DNA from: Pelomyxa schiedti
Lineage: Eukaryota > Protista > Evosea
Length of the DNA: 64,000 nt
Assembly: GCA_020536535.1 (NCBI GenBank)
Contig: JAHLWZ010000806.1
Coordinates: 62,001-126,000, forward strand
Direction of reading: 5' to 3'
Both the position numbers and the translations under genes were made by a program. Positions 1 to 13,746 of this stretch are shown here, piece by piece; the first letter of the stretch is position 1; every line of letters starts with the position of its first letter. A model generated the notes under the pieces. The model was not told the origin of the DNA, made no database searches, and worked only from the letters and a program-made list of their open reading frames with translations.

Positions 1-79
1 CTATCCACCACACCGAGAACAACCATCTGCATCGTCAAAATTATGTTTTTTGCAAAAGCCCAGACACCAGCAGGTTCCG

Positions 80-2299
80 TTACTCTTCACCAAGTTTGCC
101 ATTGTAATAGTTTGGTGTGAGTCCACTTTGGAAATGCCTCAAGTGGAGCTCAGCCCCTCGTGATACTGTTACCTGTGTTTGTTTGGTCAGGTGTGTTTAG
201 TTTGCCAACACAGTATACCTTGGGAATTTTTTCGCGGTGTTTGTAGAGTTGCGCGGAAGCAGCGATTGTATACTTCAAGTGATCATCGTTGTACATGTTT
301 CTCGGCACGGCAAATCGGACTAGGTTGAGAATACCCTGGCGCTGAACTGGTGTCTTTTGGTCCCTATTGCATTACATATTAAGAACATCTTTGAATCCCC
401 CAAGCCCGTAAGGTACCATTCGAAGGCAAAAGGTCCTAATTCACAAACCCTTATCCCGTAGAGTCTAATCATCTCGATAACGAATCTGAAAACACTTTAA
501 AAAACGTAGGGAGAAGAAGGAAAGCGTACCCCACACCGCCGAAGTCGTCAATCTTCATTGGAGTACCCTCAAAAAACTCCGTCATGTCCAAGTAGACTGC
601 ATGTCCACCAGGAGGTAAGACAACACCCTGGACACCAGCAGCCACAAGGCCCTCAGCTAAATATCTCACTTGAAGAACACGTCGGCGAAGGTAGTTGAGT
701 TTGACAACCTGGTATAGCCCCTCTGCCATGGCCATAATATCTCTCCCACTAAGGCCTCCGGTGCTTGGAGGTTGTTAGATTATGTACCTTTAGTGAGGGT
801 GATAATACCAAGGGTTTCCATAGGTTAAAATCTGTTTCTCCTTCAAAACGAGCCCCACGTCACGATCTGGTTTGGAAAATTGCTTATGGAATAAACCCTT
901 GTTCCTGAAGCACATTAGCCCTCCTATGTTGCATAGTGCATCCTTCTTTGCACTCATGAGGAAGCAGTCACAGTACGAGAACATTTCCTTCACAATCTCC
1001 TGTATGCTTTTACTGGAATAACCTTCTTCAAACTCCCGGATTAAGAAAGCATTCTCAGCAAATCTGGCCGCATCAAACACCACAGGGATGTTGAAAGAAT
1101 GCGCTATTCGTGCAGTTTCCCGAATATTTTGCATGGAAACAGGTTGCCCTGCAGCTGTGTTGTTTGTAACTGTAAGAAGAACGGCAGGGACGTGGTCCGC
1201 TCCCTCCCGGGTAATCAGTGCTGCTAATTCCTCAGTGTCAATGTTGCCCTTGAAGGGATTTCGTGTTGAACATTCTTCCACCTACAACACGAAAATGAGT
1301 TGCACCCCCCAATGAAGAAATCGCTTTACTGGGAAGGGTGTGTGAAGATGCTTTGCAAATAGATTGACTGGCCGGAATGAGTTTGTGTGAGCTTGCGCTT
1401 CAGTAGTATCAAAAAAACTAAGGAGAATAAGCTGGTGCTCCAACAAACCATATTTTTATACCCATTAGACGGGATGATGTAAGGTAAAGGACGGGCATCC
1501 TGTTTCCAAAGTTGCCTTACCACAGAGAAGAATAAGTTTTCAGCACAGCGTCCCTGAGGAACTAGGAAAAGATTGGGGTGCTTCATTCGGAAATTAGAAA
1601 ATAGTGATGAAGGAATATTCTTTCCCACCTCCAGGGCGTATTTTCCTTCATTGGCAAAAGTGTTGTCTGGGATAACAGGAACCACCAAAGATGACCTTGA
1701 CGGGTCACATATCATATTATTGATTACTGGCTGTGGGTTGTCACCACCTTCAAATATATCTCTCACGGACTACCGCAGGTTAGTTGGAAGAGATGAACGT
1801 TACCAACGTACTTGCTTTAAAGCGGTGTACCCGTAGTTCCCGGCATATGCACCATCACCACGAACAAGGGCAGACCATTGGAAGTCAGTCATGGCAGAAG
1901 TGCCCTGAGTTAAAGATCAGAACCGTGAAATTTGGAGAAGAACCCACCGAATCCGAGAGATAATCCACAACAAGCATTGACGCCTAGTAGAGGCATGAAA
2001 TAAGTCAAGGAAAAAGCCAAAACAGAGAGCATTACAGGGAAGGCGAAGCAGTTGTATTCCGTCTTCCTCTGTGTGTCCTCACGTTCCAAAGCGCTAAACC
2101 ACCGGCTCCTTCTCACCACGTACGTGAATTGGGTCGGAGGAGTAAGCATGGAAGGCACAGTGTGAGGAGGCGACACCGCACGTTTCGGCAATGGGGGGAA
2201 CCCTCGTACTACTTCCGTAGAATCCCCATCTCGCTCAGCCGGTACGGCCTCTGTCGCAACTGTAGCGGCTGTTGTGGTCAGATCCCCAGATCCAGACAT
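80..2299 (-). CDS. tnaA: Tryptophanase / tyrosine phenol-lyase family beta-eliminating lyase (PLP-dependent), multi-exon
   Basis: Spliced exons give DYLSDSGTSAMTDFQW, PQGRCAE, NPFKGNID, TVTNNTAAGQPVSM, DAARFAENA, the PLP-lysine motif MSAKKD, PPGGHAV, VRFAVPRNMY and LRHFQS; the introns checked are GT-AG; stop at 80-82. Confidence 0.92.
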
Positions 2300-2547
2300 G
2301 TCTAACGAGTCGGCTGTTTATTTTTTTTTTTGTTATTTTTTTGTTCCCGGCCTTTTCCTTCTTGTCCTGTCAAAAAGCATCAATAAAATGCCGAATCGAA
2401 TTCGGTCGAATTTTTCTCGGCGTGCACAGAAAGGTGCATGCCTTATGTACGTTCTTGCCGAATAAGAACTAACAACAGACGAAAACAATCTCTTAGAATT
2501 GCAAAAGTGACCCAATCTGGCCGAGATTGGCCGGGACCAACGACTCT

Positions 2548-5500
2548 TCAGGGGTTTTTCTGCAGCAGGGCGTTGACCTTGTTGACTAGTTCCGGTGTAA
2601 GTGACGTCAGTGCGGTTTGCAGGACTGGGCCGGGGAGAGTCGTTTGCATGCGCCGAAGAAGCAGTGCCACTCTGGGCGCACTTTCCGGGAACATCATCTC
2701 GGTTTCTACCACGTGCGCGAGAATAAGTATGATTCGCGGTGCGTTGGCAAAATTGGCCCCAATCACGGGGCTGCTCATGTCGGGGCTGTCAAATGCGTTA
2801 GTTTCCTTGTTGAGGGAGGAAAAACGGAGAGATACTTTTCGAGCATGAACAATAAATTCTCGTGGCACACTCTGCCCTCTTCGGAGTCTTCCTGCATGGG
2901 CATGTTTGCGAGCAGTAGTGGCATTGCTTCGGCTACATTTACTCTGTTATCTAGTGGCTATTGGTTTCTTGGGATGGGGTGGAAGGGCAACAGTTATATC
3001 TGCATATTTTCACAGCTGCAGAGACCGCATTCTCCGTTGCTCGCGTTTGGTCTTCAGTGGAGCGAGAATTTTTCATTTGTAATGATTTAAGTATCAATCT
3101 AAGTGCCTCTTTTTTTTTTTTCAATTAGGTAATTCAATCCACGGTTTCGTAAACATGTCAAACCTGCAGCAAGACCAGAAAAAACTTCACCCAAGTTCTG
3201 GGAGCATATTCCCAAGCCGAATGCTGCTGCCTGTCTCAGCTCAGGCATTTCATCTTGTGTGTACTGGAATAATGGGCTTAAGAAGTGAGGTAGAATTGGT
3301 ACAGCTGCTGCTCTGTCCAGTAACCGTTTTTTAAAATGTGTGGTAACAGAGAGGAATAAATACCCAGCGTATTCCACAATATCATCAAAGAAACAAAGGC
3401 CTTTTTGGCGTTCATTCCAAGATTTGTCAGGAGTCTAAGAGGGATTCAGGAAAAACAACTTCTGTTGTGTGACAACATACAAGCATATCAGCAACATCAC
3501 TGAGCAGATGTTCCAAAAACGCTGGGATGTAAACTTCCCTGTGGAGTTGGACAAGATGCGAAAAACATTCTACCAGCTGACAAAATACTTTAGCTACAAG
3601 AGGAGAAAATTCCATGTACCTGTGCCAAAATATCATCCTCCTCCACCTCCACTTCGCTCAATTTTTCGAGCTCTTCTTCATCGTACTCAATTTTCTTTTT
3701 TGTCTCTAGTGAAAGTTATCTTTTTTTACAAAAAAAAAGTATATAAACCTTCACGAATATCTCTTCGTTGTTTCCAATCTTGGATTATTTTGTGACCAAT
3801 TTTGATCAAGTTTTGCACATGTTCAGCAGTTAAACATGGTTTACTGATGACATCCATTGCCTACAAATGGACAATGAAAATAAATCAAATGTATAATGTT
3901 GGAGAGTGGTACTTCGGCAATGGAAGCTATTTGCACAGCCAACACCTCAATATCTGTTTCATCGATCATCGTTTTTAAGAGAGCTTCAAACAAGGAATGC
4001 CATAAATTTATGACTAGTTGTAAATCACTCACCCCTGGAGATTCCCAAGTGAGAAAAGTAACGAGAAGTACTTAAATACCACTTGCTTTCAAGTACTCCA
4101 TAAGACAAGAAATGAGTATTGGGGGACTCGCAGCTGCAGCTGTCCTTACACCTTGTATAATAATGGGCACATTGTGGAAGGCAGAAGGGCTAGGTACCCT
4201 CATGAAATGGAAAATTCATGTCTCTCACGAAGATTTTTGTCACCTCCTCGATATATGGGAAGAAATGCTGCTTGGAGTGTGTTGCATACAACAATATGTT
4301 GTGCGCTGCATTAGCTTTGTCATCGAGCTCTGAGGTATGTGTGTTGGAGTGTTTTTCGTCCTAAGTCCGTTATTGAAGATCGAAACACTTTGGAAGTACA
4401 TCATCTTCCTTTGCAAACATGTCTGGGATAATAGCTGCTCGGGCAATTGACGGTTGCATGACCAGAGGCAGAAATGGGGCGAAGTCCACTCCTAGGCACT
4501 CAGCAATTCGACCCAAAGCTGTCTCCATGTAGAATATCTGTGGGTCATCAGCATCAAGTACTAGAAGCTGTCAGGTGGTTAAGGAGTATCGACGGAAAAA
4601 CCTGTAGTTTTAAGCATTTCCTGCATTACTTCTTGAGCATCATTGAAAAATCTCTCTTTCCTTACAGCCAGCCCTGTTTCGTAATGAATCAAGATGCAAA
4701 AATATTAGAAATTGATTACCTATTACACTCAAGCAATCCATTGCACTTCCCCTAAGGGCCCGGTACTCCTTTGATTTAGCATTTGAGATAATACTTTTCA
4801 GGTAAGGTACGTAGGTGTCATAGTACTGCGTACGTTTTAAGTGTGAAATGAGTTAGAAGGGAAGTACTTTGCTGAATTTCTCCCCGACAGCGGAAACACA
4901 TGAGGACAGTGCTGCCAAGACAAGCTCTTGTTGTGGAACGTTTCTTGAAAGGTCACGAGGCTGGAAATACAATAAAAAGGAGAATACGATGTAGGCGCCT
5001 GCAACATAGCAGCGAGGCAAGGAAGAACAGTGTCCAACATGGGAAGGAGGTTAGTGCCACCAAGGTCCTTATCAGCGAAGTTGATCATGGCTGTACAGCA
5101 GTGTACTTGCACTCTAGGATGGCTTTAGTAGAGCGAAGAGGAGCTACGGGTACCTCGCACAAGAATCCTTCATGTGACCAAGGATCTGGGGGACAAGTTG
5201 CGATCCATACTGGTCCAGTATTTCCGGCTACATAATGTCACCATCCAACGGGAAAGAAGTGCAAACGTACCGCAAAGTCAGTGAACAGCTGCCCAACACA
5301 ATTAATGGCAGCCCATCTCACACGAGGATGGGCATCTTCCATGAGAGGCAACACAATCCTATACAAGATTGGTGAGCTGAGTTGGAAAGGGTTTAGATAC
5401 TTGAGCATGTCATTAATGTGATGTTTCAAAACGAATTTGCATCCTTCACCACAAGACGATATTGCCATTGCTGCTGCATAGCGATGGTTCCATTCAGTTG

Positions 5501-7103
5501 CATTTGAGACAAGCGCAGGAATATGGCCAAACAGAATGGGAACAATAACTTTTCCGCCTGTGGTATTTCAGTGCATTACAGTTAGAGGAGAAAAAGAATA
5601 CCAAAAATATCAGAAAGTCTATCCAAGGCATCTTCACCATACTGGGAAACTGTGAGCTCTGTTTCTTCAACAAACTGGTACCAGCTCTCATCGTCGGTAA
5701 TTTCCAGTAACCAGGTCAAAACAAGGGACATTAATTGCGAGATCAAATTCGGGACTTTCCTGCACTGAGGTCTCAGTTGGGTTAATCAAATTGAGTATTT
5801 TTGCTACTTAATAGCTCCTGGTCTCTCTTGACACAGAATCAACAGAACTTCCAAGGCAAATCGTCTTGTATCTTGTTATTTATTTGGTTATTGCAGTTTT
5901 AAAAGGGCAACTGTAACTCTCACCAAGTTCAAGGTGGGAGGCAGGGGAAGCTATGGTCATCATGGCACTGGTGACCTGAGTCATTGCTGGGCGAAAGAAG
6001 AGAGGAGCATTTTCAGCAAGATCGACAAAGACTTCCAGTGCTGTTCTTGCTTCGCCTTCCAATCCTTGGTTGAGAAGATAGCTGAGGCACTGTGTATTAA
6101 TTTAGTTAACAAAGGAGGAGCAAAGGGAGGGAAGATGTTACAGCAAGCATCTGCGGGATAAACTGTTGAAATTCCCTCGTTTCTTCAGGCTGCTCCAGTA
6201 CCTGCAAAAATGCCGTCGTTGCCATAAGGGCTTCCAGACGCACCTGAATGTTGGTAAATCGGAAATCAAAATGGAAGAAGAGTGAACGGACTTGTGTATC
6301 AGCATCAATCAGTCCAGCACCCAATATCGAAATTATATAACGAAAGTATTTCCTAAAAGCAGAATCGCCTTGAGAAAGGGCAAGTTGCGCCATAATTTGA
6401 AGGGCTGTGCACCGGTGTAGTGCTTTCTTTTGTTTTGTTGGGTGTGGAGAAAATGTCACAGTTGCAGACCTGTGAGTTGCTGCATTTGAACAAGAAGGGG
6501 AGAAGTTCAGGCCAAGTCCCTGAGCGTGGCATTAACGGTATAGAATAAAGGTTTCACGTTACCTGCCGCAAACAGACCGGCACCCAAATCAGATGCACAG
6601 TCACAGAGAAGGTTGTGTATTTTTTTATCTACCTCAGCATCCAGAGCTGATAGTATACCAGCCTGGTGAAGATGATGAATTACAGGGAAAAAAAGATGAT
6701 GTTTCACTGAGAATAAAAACCTTGACTGAATTCTTTACTGCATCAGGAAGACCATCCCACTTGCTTCGTGAATCCTTTTCATTGACTGCAATAAGAGGTC
6801 TCAACAATACGGCAGATTGTTGCCGCACCTAAACATGCAGTATGAGTGCCGCAGGCACTTTGCAGCAATTCCAAATTTACACACATCCTTGGCCAAACTG
6901 AAGTTCTGCGCGTCGTACAACAACGCCAGTACCACGTACGCCGGATCTCTCTCCACATAAGACGACAAATAAGCCTCTGCATTGACTCTGCCAGCACCAT
7001 CTTCACCCGCCGGCGAGGAAATCAACGACACTGTTACGTTCGCCAACGACGGCAGTTGTGTGCTGTTTGGTGGTGGTACATTGCCGGTGCCTTGCGAACT
7101 CAT
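2548..7103 (-). CDS. IPO5: Importin-5 / karyopherin beta-3 (HEAT repeats), many exons
   Basis: Motifs VRQQSAVLLR, WPELLPFL, GEGC, HPRVRWAAINCVGQLFTDF, LRQAAAFGLG and RATENAVSA are typical of IPO5/Pse1. Confidence 0.9.
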
Positions 7104-7560
7104 GGTTTTTGTTTGCTTTGTTTTGTGTTGTGTTGTGGGATGTTGGTCTGCTTGTGTTAAGGTCCAATCGAAGGATCTAATCTTTGGTTTGGCGGCGCCG
7201 GGTAATTAAGAAGGTGTCAGTAACGAACGACGTAGTACACGCTCGCTGAGGCGTATTATTGGGTAATAATGTTTATTCGCAATTGCACCAGTAGATTTTC
7301 TCCTACTGTTCTGATCAGACCATCAGGGCAGCAGGGGGAGGGACTCCAGAAAATGACTCCCATGACAACAATGCACGTATTCTGCATGGAGTCATCGAGT
7401 GGGACGTCTATATGCATTCGTTGGATCACTTTCTTGAGGTTTCATCACTGTGTTCTTCTTGCTGCCCTTTTTACCATTTCAGTGATTCGCGGAAAAAACC
7501 GCCAGCCGAGTCAAGAAAACGAAAAATCCAGGATTAAACAAATAAAAAACCTCAGAGGAA

Positions 7561-9875
7561 ATGCACAGTGCGCGTTTTTTTGTTATCGTCACGTTACTTC
7601 CCAACGTAATGTCTGTTGTTTTAAAGAGTACACGGTTATTGGCACCAAAGGGGAGGGCACTTTCTCTGAGGTCCTACACGCCAAGACGATGACTGGCCAG
7701 TTGAGCTTTTTTTTTTGTTTTTTTTTTCCCCTCGTTGTTGGGTTTTTGCGTTTTTTTCTGTTTGTTTTTTTTTCTCTCCCTAATTTGTTGTATGCTCTTT
7801 CAGGCATGTGGCAATTAAACAAATGAAAGCAAAATTCACGAGTTATGAGCACGCCAATAGCCTTCGTGAAATACAGGCCTTGAGGAGGCTATCACCCCAC
7901 CCACACATAATAAAGCTACACGAAGTGATATTGTATGTGTGACTTCATTTCTGAACTGGCCTTACAAATCAAACAAAAAGTGAGAAGACAACCGGCACTC
8001 TCTCACTTGTTTTCGAACTCATGGAGATGAACCTTTATGAACTGATTAAAGGAAGGAAAACGTACCTGCCAGAAAGAAAAGTAAAAATCCTAATGTGGCA
8101 GCTTTTAAAAGCTTTATCACATATGCATCAGTGTGTTCCATTTTTACCTTATTTGTTTAACTGTGTTTCACACAGAAAGGGGATATTTCATAGGTATTTA
8201 TTTTGCTTTCATCAAAATAGTTAATGACCTTTTACCCTCCCAGAGATATAAAGCCTGAAAACGCTGGTATAGTTTGTTTCCTCAGTTAAAAAAAAAAATA
8301 ATTCTTTCCTAGTTATCAAAGATGAACGGCTCAAGCTTATAGGTACCTTTCCATCAACATTTGACAATCTTTACCATTTTATACAGATTTTGGAAGGTAA
8401 TGGCAATTAACTTTTGTCTATCTCCATCTCACAACCCCAGTTGTCGAGGAATAAATTCGAAACAACCATTCACTGAATATATCTCAACTCGCTGGTAGAT
8501 CACCTTCCTATTTTTCAACACACCTATTTAACACTGTAAATAAGGTACCGAGCACCTGAGTGCTTATTGACCGATGGTTTTTACAATTACAAAATGGACA
8601 TATGGGGTGTTGCATGTGTATGGTTTGAAGTGTTGAGTCTTTTTCCGCTCTTTCCGGGTGTTGATGAACTAGACCAAATCCAAAAAATTCACAGTATTAT
8701 TGGTACCCCCTCAAGAGAAGTTCTTGCAAAAATGAGAAGGTATTTATCAAGTGCCACGGGCAGTTCACTTTACACTCTGCAGACTTGGTACTCATATGAA
8801 CTTCAACTTTCTCCATACTGAGGGTACGGGAATTGCTAGATTACTTCCCAATGCCACCCCTGAATGCCTTGACCTACTTACCAAAATGCTTATATACAAT
8901 CCTGAAGACAGGTCCTCTTCTTTAAGGCTTTTTAAAAAAGGGTGTGACTTTTTCTTTGTAGAATATCCGCACAGAATGCACTTTTGCACCCGTATTTCCA
9001 CGATTTGAGGGAAAGAACACCAATGAGAACATTGGGACCCACACTGTCTGTGTCACCACCCAACTCAAGAAGACATCATGTACTTCCTTTGTTTCATTTG
9101 ACACGACGGGAAATTCATTAAATCACGCGAAGTACGTTCCTCACTAATATGTTGACCACAGGATAGTATCCGGAGTAAGAATGAAGTCAATGTGCCAACA
9201 GTTATGATCAAAACCGATGCCACATATCTACTAGCTCCGCAACCCAAAGTCACAACCAACTCACTGTCAACTTCCAACTACCTGACAGCTTCCAATCAGT
9301 CACTAAACAACCCCCTCCTATCACCAATCACAGGCACAACCACAACCACCGCAACCACCACCACAACAACCACAACAACGCTGACACAAAGCGGCAACAA
9401 TCTCAACCTAAACATCAACAGCACCAACAGCAGCATGAACAACAACAGCAACAGCAACACCAACCCACAAGCTGCATCAACAAACAGCGGCGCTGCTGCC
9501 GCGGCTGCTGCTGTTGCTGCTGCTGCATCTGCAGCCCCTCCAACTAACCTGACAATTAACAACAACAACATCACAATCAACAACAACCTCAAGATAACAA
9601 CCAACATCAACGGCAGGAGCCTCCGCGGCAAGCTTCCTGCAATTGAACAGAGAAGGCATTGTATAACCAGCGCACCAACATCAGAAACCAACAACACCCT
9701 ACGTAAATCAGTCGATAAGCTGCCGGCCCTCAAACCAACAGGGTGTGTATATTATCACTCAGTTTTTGAAAAAATACAACACTATTCACTACATAAAACA
9801 GGTTGGCCAATAGACCAGCATGGCACTAAATCAAAAACAAAACCTTCAGTTGTAAAAACACCTTTGTACAAATAA
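7561..9875 (+). CDS. MOK: MOK/RAGE (RCK family) Ser/Thr kinase with low-complexity N/T/A-rich tail
   Basis: Spliced [82 protein letters not shown]; 3' end approximate. Confidence 0.9.
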
Positions 9876-10208
9876 AAAAGTGTTTTCAAACATTACAACA
9901 TCCAATTGTTTTTCTAGTCCGTGAAGGGTCTACTGCCATTTTCGAACACAGGCACTTCTCTGTTACAGTCTTGGTTTGACTCCCAACAGGATTGCTTGGT
10001 AAAATGTGAAGGGAGAGAGGACTCCCATAATTCAATTCCCTCTTTTCGCATTTTCTTGTTCACCCGTGGGAGGGAACAAAGACGGAAGAAAAAAAAGAAC
10101 AAAACCAAAGGTTCAGAAAATCATTTCTTTTTTTCTGTTGGCTTTTCGAAAGAGCAAAAAGCCTTTGTTTCGGTATTTTTTTTTTGTTTCTCAGGGACGA
10201 AAGAGACC

Positions 10209-13200
10209 TCACAGGATGAGCGGAAGGATATCAACAACTGATGGCTCCCAGTCGATTCCCTTTCCGTAGACCAACTTGCAAGCAAGAGCAGTGGAGATGA
10301 TTGCCTTCTTGTGCATGTCGGGTACACGCGCAAGGCACTGTTCAAGGTGTCCGTTCTTGATGCAGTCGGGAACGTAGTCAATGAAGACCTGAAGGATCTT
10401 CCTGTTCTCTGGAGCCTCGAGGTTGAGTGGCTTGAGGTATGCGGCGACATCGTCGGTGAACTTGTTGATGCGCTGGGAGACAAGCTCGGAGATGTGGGTC
10501 ATCTTGACGGTCTTGTTGTTCTTGAGCCAGTAGGCCATCATGGCGGCGGCCTCGTCGTTGGCAATCTTGGCAAGGCGGGCAAGAACGTTCTGAACGAGGG
10601 CGGGCTTGATGGCGACGAATTCGGCGTCCTTGAGCGAGAGACCGGCGAGAATTTCGTAGCTGCTGCTCACGACACCGCACTTGTTGGCGGAAGAATCCTT
10701 GTAGATGAGAACACCCTTGTCCTGAAAGGGATCAGTAAAGAGGAGAAATCAGGAAAGGAAAAAGACCTCAAGGAATTCTCGGGCATCCTGAGGGATGTAC
10801 AGGTTGGCACCCTCAACAATTGCCTTGGTTGTGGGCTTGTCGTGCTCATCGAAGAACTATATACATCAGATGATGTTAGAAGAAAAAAAGGGGAGCTTAC
10901 GTCTTTCATGTTGAGCATGTTAAGAGCACGTGGGCGACCACCAGATGGGATGAAAACATCCGCATACTTCTGGTGGGCATTGAGGCGGAAGATTTGCTGT
11001 GCTTGGTTGCCTGTGATCCACTCTTCGACGACCTTGCCACCCTCCTTCTTGACGAGAAGAGTTTCCTTCTGGAAGGAAGAGCGCTGCCTTGTCTGCCATA
11101 AGCAGAGAAGGAAGCCACCCTCATGGAGGAGTTCGCGTGGGTACTCGGCAATTGGCTTGACCTTGTGGAACATTTCAACAAGAGCAGGTAAATTCATGCC
11201 CTCGGGGTCGTACATGGTACCACTTGCGTCGGTTACAACAAGCAACTTGGCAAATGTTGGGAGATGCTGAGCAAGCAGACGGATCATGTTTCCGGCTACA
11301 TCACCATCGGGTCCACCAGTAATCTTGCAGGTGAAGGGCTTTCCCTCAAGGCCAAGGTACCGGAGGGTGTGGATCAGGTACTGGTACATGCCCCATGATG
11401 TTACTCCGTACTCCTTGTGGTTAATACCGACATCGTCTTTGCCAGAGATAAAGGCACCACCAGAGTAATAGCCCAAGCGGATTGATTCTCCAGCCAACCA
11501 GTGGATCATGCTATCGTGCATGTTCTCATCGGGGCCAAGATAGATGTACTCGGGGACCTTGAGATAATCAACGATGTACTCTCCGTACTTGAGAGCGTTC
11601 TTTGCGAAGTCCCAAATGAAGAGGCAAAGGAATGTGTTGAGGAAGCAGCGTTGATTATAGTACATGTACTCCAATGTCTGGGCCTTGACCCACTCGTCGA
11701 GCATTGGCTTGATCTTATCAGCTGGTGTTCCAGAAGCCTCGAGCTCACGGCGGACAATTTCTGTCTCGAACGAAAGCTCCTCGTTGGGGGCGACGAAGAC
11801 AATTGCCTTAGATCCACCCTCTGGGATATCCTTGTTCTTCTTCTGCTGAGTGTAAGCAAGGTTGTAGCACTCGGTGAACATGTTGGAGCGCTCGAATCTG
11901 GCGTGCTCTTGGTCGCGGGCGACAACTGTCCTCATTCCACCACGGGCAAGGTCGCGGAACCTGACTTGGAAGGAGGTGAAGTTCCAGCCCTTAATGTAGA
12001 AAACTGAGAATGGGAGCTCGGGGTACTTGGACTTCCTCTCAAAGCCGGGTACATTGTTCATGTACTCGGGATTAAGGCGGAAACCAATAGCCAACTTGTG
12101 GTAGTTGTAAGCATTGGTGCGGAGGCAGTGCTCAGTTATATTAAGGGCTTGAAGGAAAATGTTCCTCCTCCTGTCATCGTGCTTCTTTCGGCCAGTGTCG
12201 AGTTCAGAAAGAGCCTTCTCAAGCTCGGCTTTGAGCCTGGCGTACTCCTCAAGGTTGGCAGTGGCGGGATGGAACTTGGCAGCAAAGACCGAAAGAAGCT
12301 TAAGAGTAAGCTCTGGGTGGAATGCAAATGCTTCAAGGCACATCTCCTCAGTATAAACGGCAGCGTTAACATCGGAAAGAATTTGCTCGATAAATCCAGC
12401 AAATGCCCTCAAAAGGTTGGCTGTAAAAAAGTCACAAAGTATTATCTGTCAGGGTAAGTACACACCATGTGATCCAGTGAAGGTTCCAGAAAGAACCAAC
12501 TCGGTGAGAATGTCAACTTTGAGTCCCTTGAGAATCTCAAACTCGCGCATGAAGGCCTTGAGCTTGGTATCGTCGGTAACGATATCTCCAACGAGGCCAA
12601 TTGCTCCAAGGAGTACACACTTGACTGACAGAGGATCGACGTAAGTGAAGTGGAGATTGGAGATTGTCACAGAGTGGCGCTTGAACATTTGAGCGAGCTT
12701 GAACAAGAACATCCTCTTGGCAACATTTCTCCAAGCGAAGTACAAGATACCGTCTGTCGCAGGTTAACAGAAAAGCAAATTTTCCAATGACTTACTGTTG
12801 CCAGTTCCGGGTACGAGTTTATGTTGGACGGAGTCGCGCACAAGAGCCTCAGTGCAAAGAAGCGTCTTAATGGCAGCAGGCATAACTCGGTCAGCAGCGT
12901 CTGGGGCCGCCAGGAAGGAAACGCGGGTCATTCTGAGGGGCTAAAGAAAAATAAGATTCACGAAGATATAGTTCAGTGCCTACGAGATCGTAGCCTGGCA
13001 TGTTAACATCAGAAACATAGCTGAAGTATTCCTTGATGCTAGTTTCTCCATAGTGCTATGAAAAATAAGAAAAACTAAACTGTTCTCAACAAGATGGTAC
13101 CCTCAGGATCTCTGTGTCGGCATGCTCGCGGGCGAGGGAAATAACAAGAGATGTGTTCTTGAAGTTCAAGTAGACAAACTCCTCAAACTCCTCGCTAAAA

Positions 13201-13370
13201 AGCACGTGTGTAAGGCCAAAAAAAGGGGGAAAAAAAAAGACAGAGTAAAATAGACACCTGTAAACAAGGGTGTGGGCAACGACGGTGGACTCTTCAGCGG
13301 TGGCATCAGCAACAAACTTGGCCATGTGGGCGTTGAGCCATGCGAGAACTGCGGTGTCGTTCTTCTCCAT
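10209..13370 (-). CDS. gdh2: NAD-specific glutamate dehydrogenase (large GDH2 type)
   Basis: RFRDLARGGMR, QQKKNKDIPEGGSK, YLGPDEN, HKEYGVTS, TGGPDGDVAGN, PSGGRP, EGANLY, NKCGVVSSSYE. Confidence 0.93.
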
Positions 13371-13746
13371 TTCGTCGATTGTTAGATAAAGATCTTTCGC
13401 TTTTGCTTGGAGGCGGTTGTTGGGTTTTTTAGAATAAAAGACTAAAGAATTTGATCGGGTGTTTTAAAACTCGCAGTACGTCTAGAACGTGCATTTTGTG
13501 GAACCGAAGTACATGTTCAACTGGACTTTTCATCTTGATAAAAAGCCGACGTCACACCAACTTTGCCTTTTTTCATCTTGACCGTGTCCGAGACTGGAAC
13601 AGTTTCCAATTACAATGTAGTATAGACAAGCTTATAGTCCCATGTGCCCATTAATAAGAATACTCAAAGATTCTTTACCAATCAGAAAACAAAACATAAT
13701 CAGTGTAAATTCGCCTCATTCTTCTGTCGTTGACTTCGTAGCCAAA

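Noticed and set aside
7353-7395. Small imperfect hairpin ATGACTCC..GGAGTCAT in the IPO5/MOK divergent promoter
   Set aside because: Only ~11 bp with a bulge; compatible with chance.
10311-12457. Long plus-strand ORFs antisense to GDH
   Set aside because: Explained by strong codon bias in a highly expressed gene (few TTA/CTA/TCA codons); no recognisable protein motifs.
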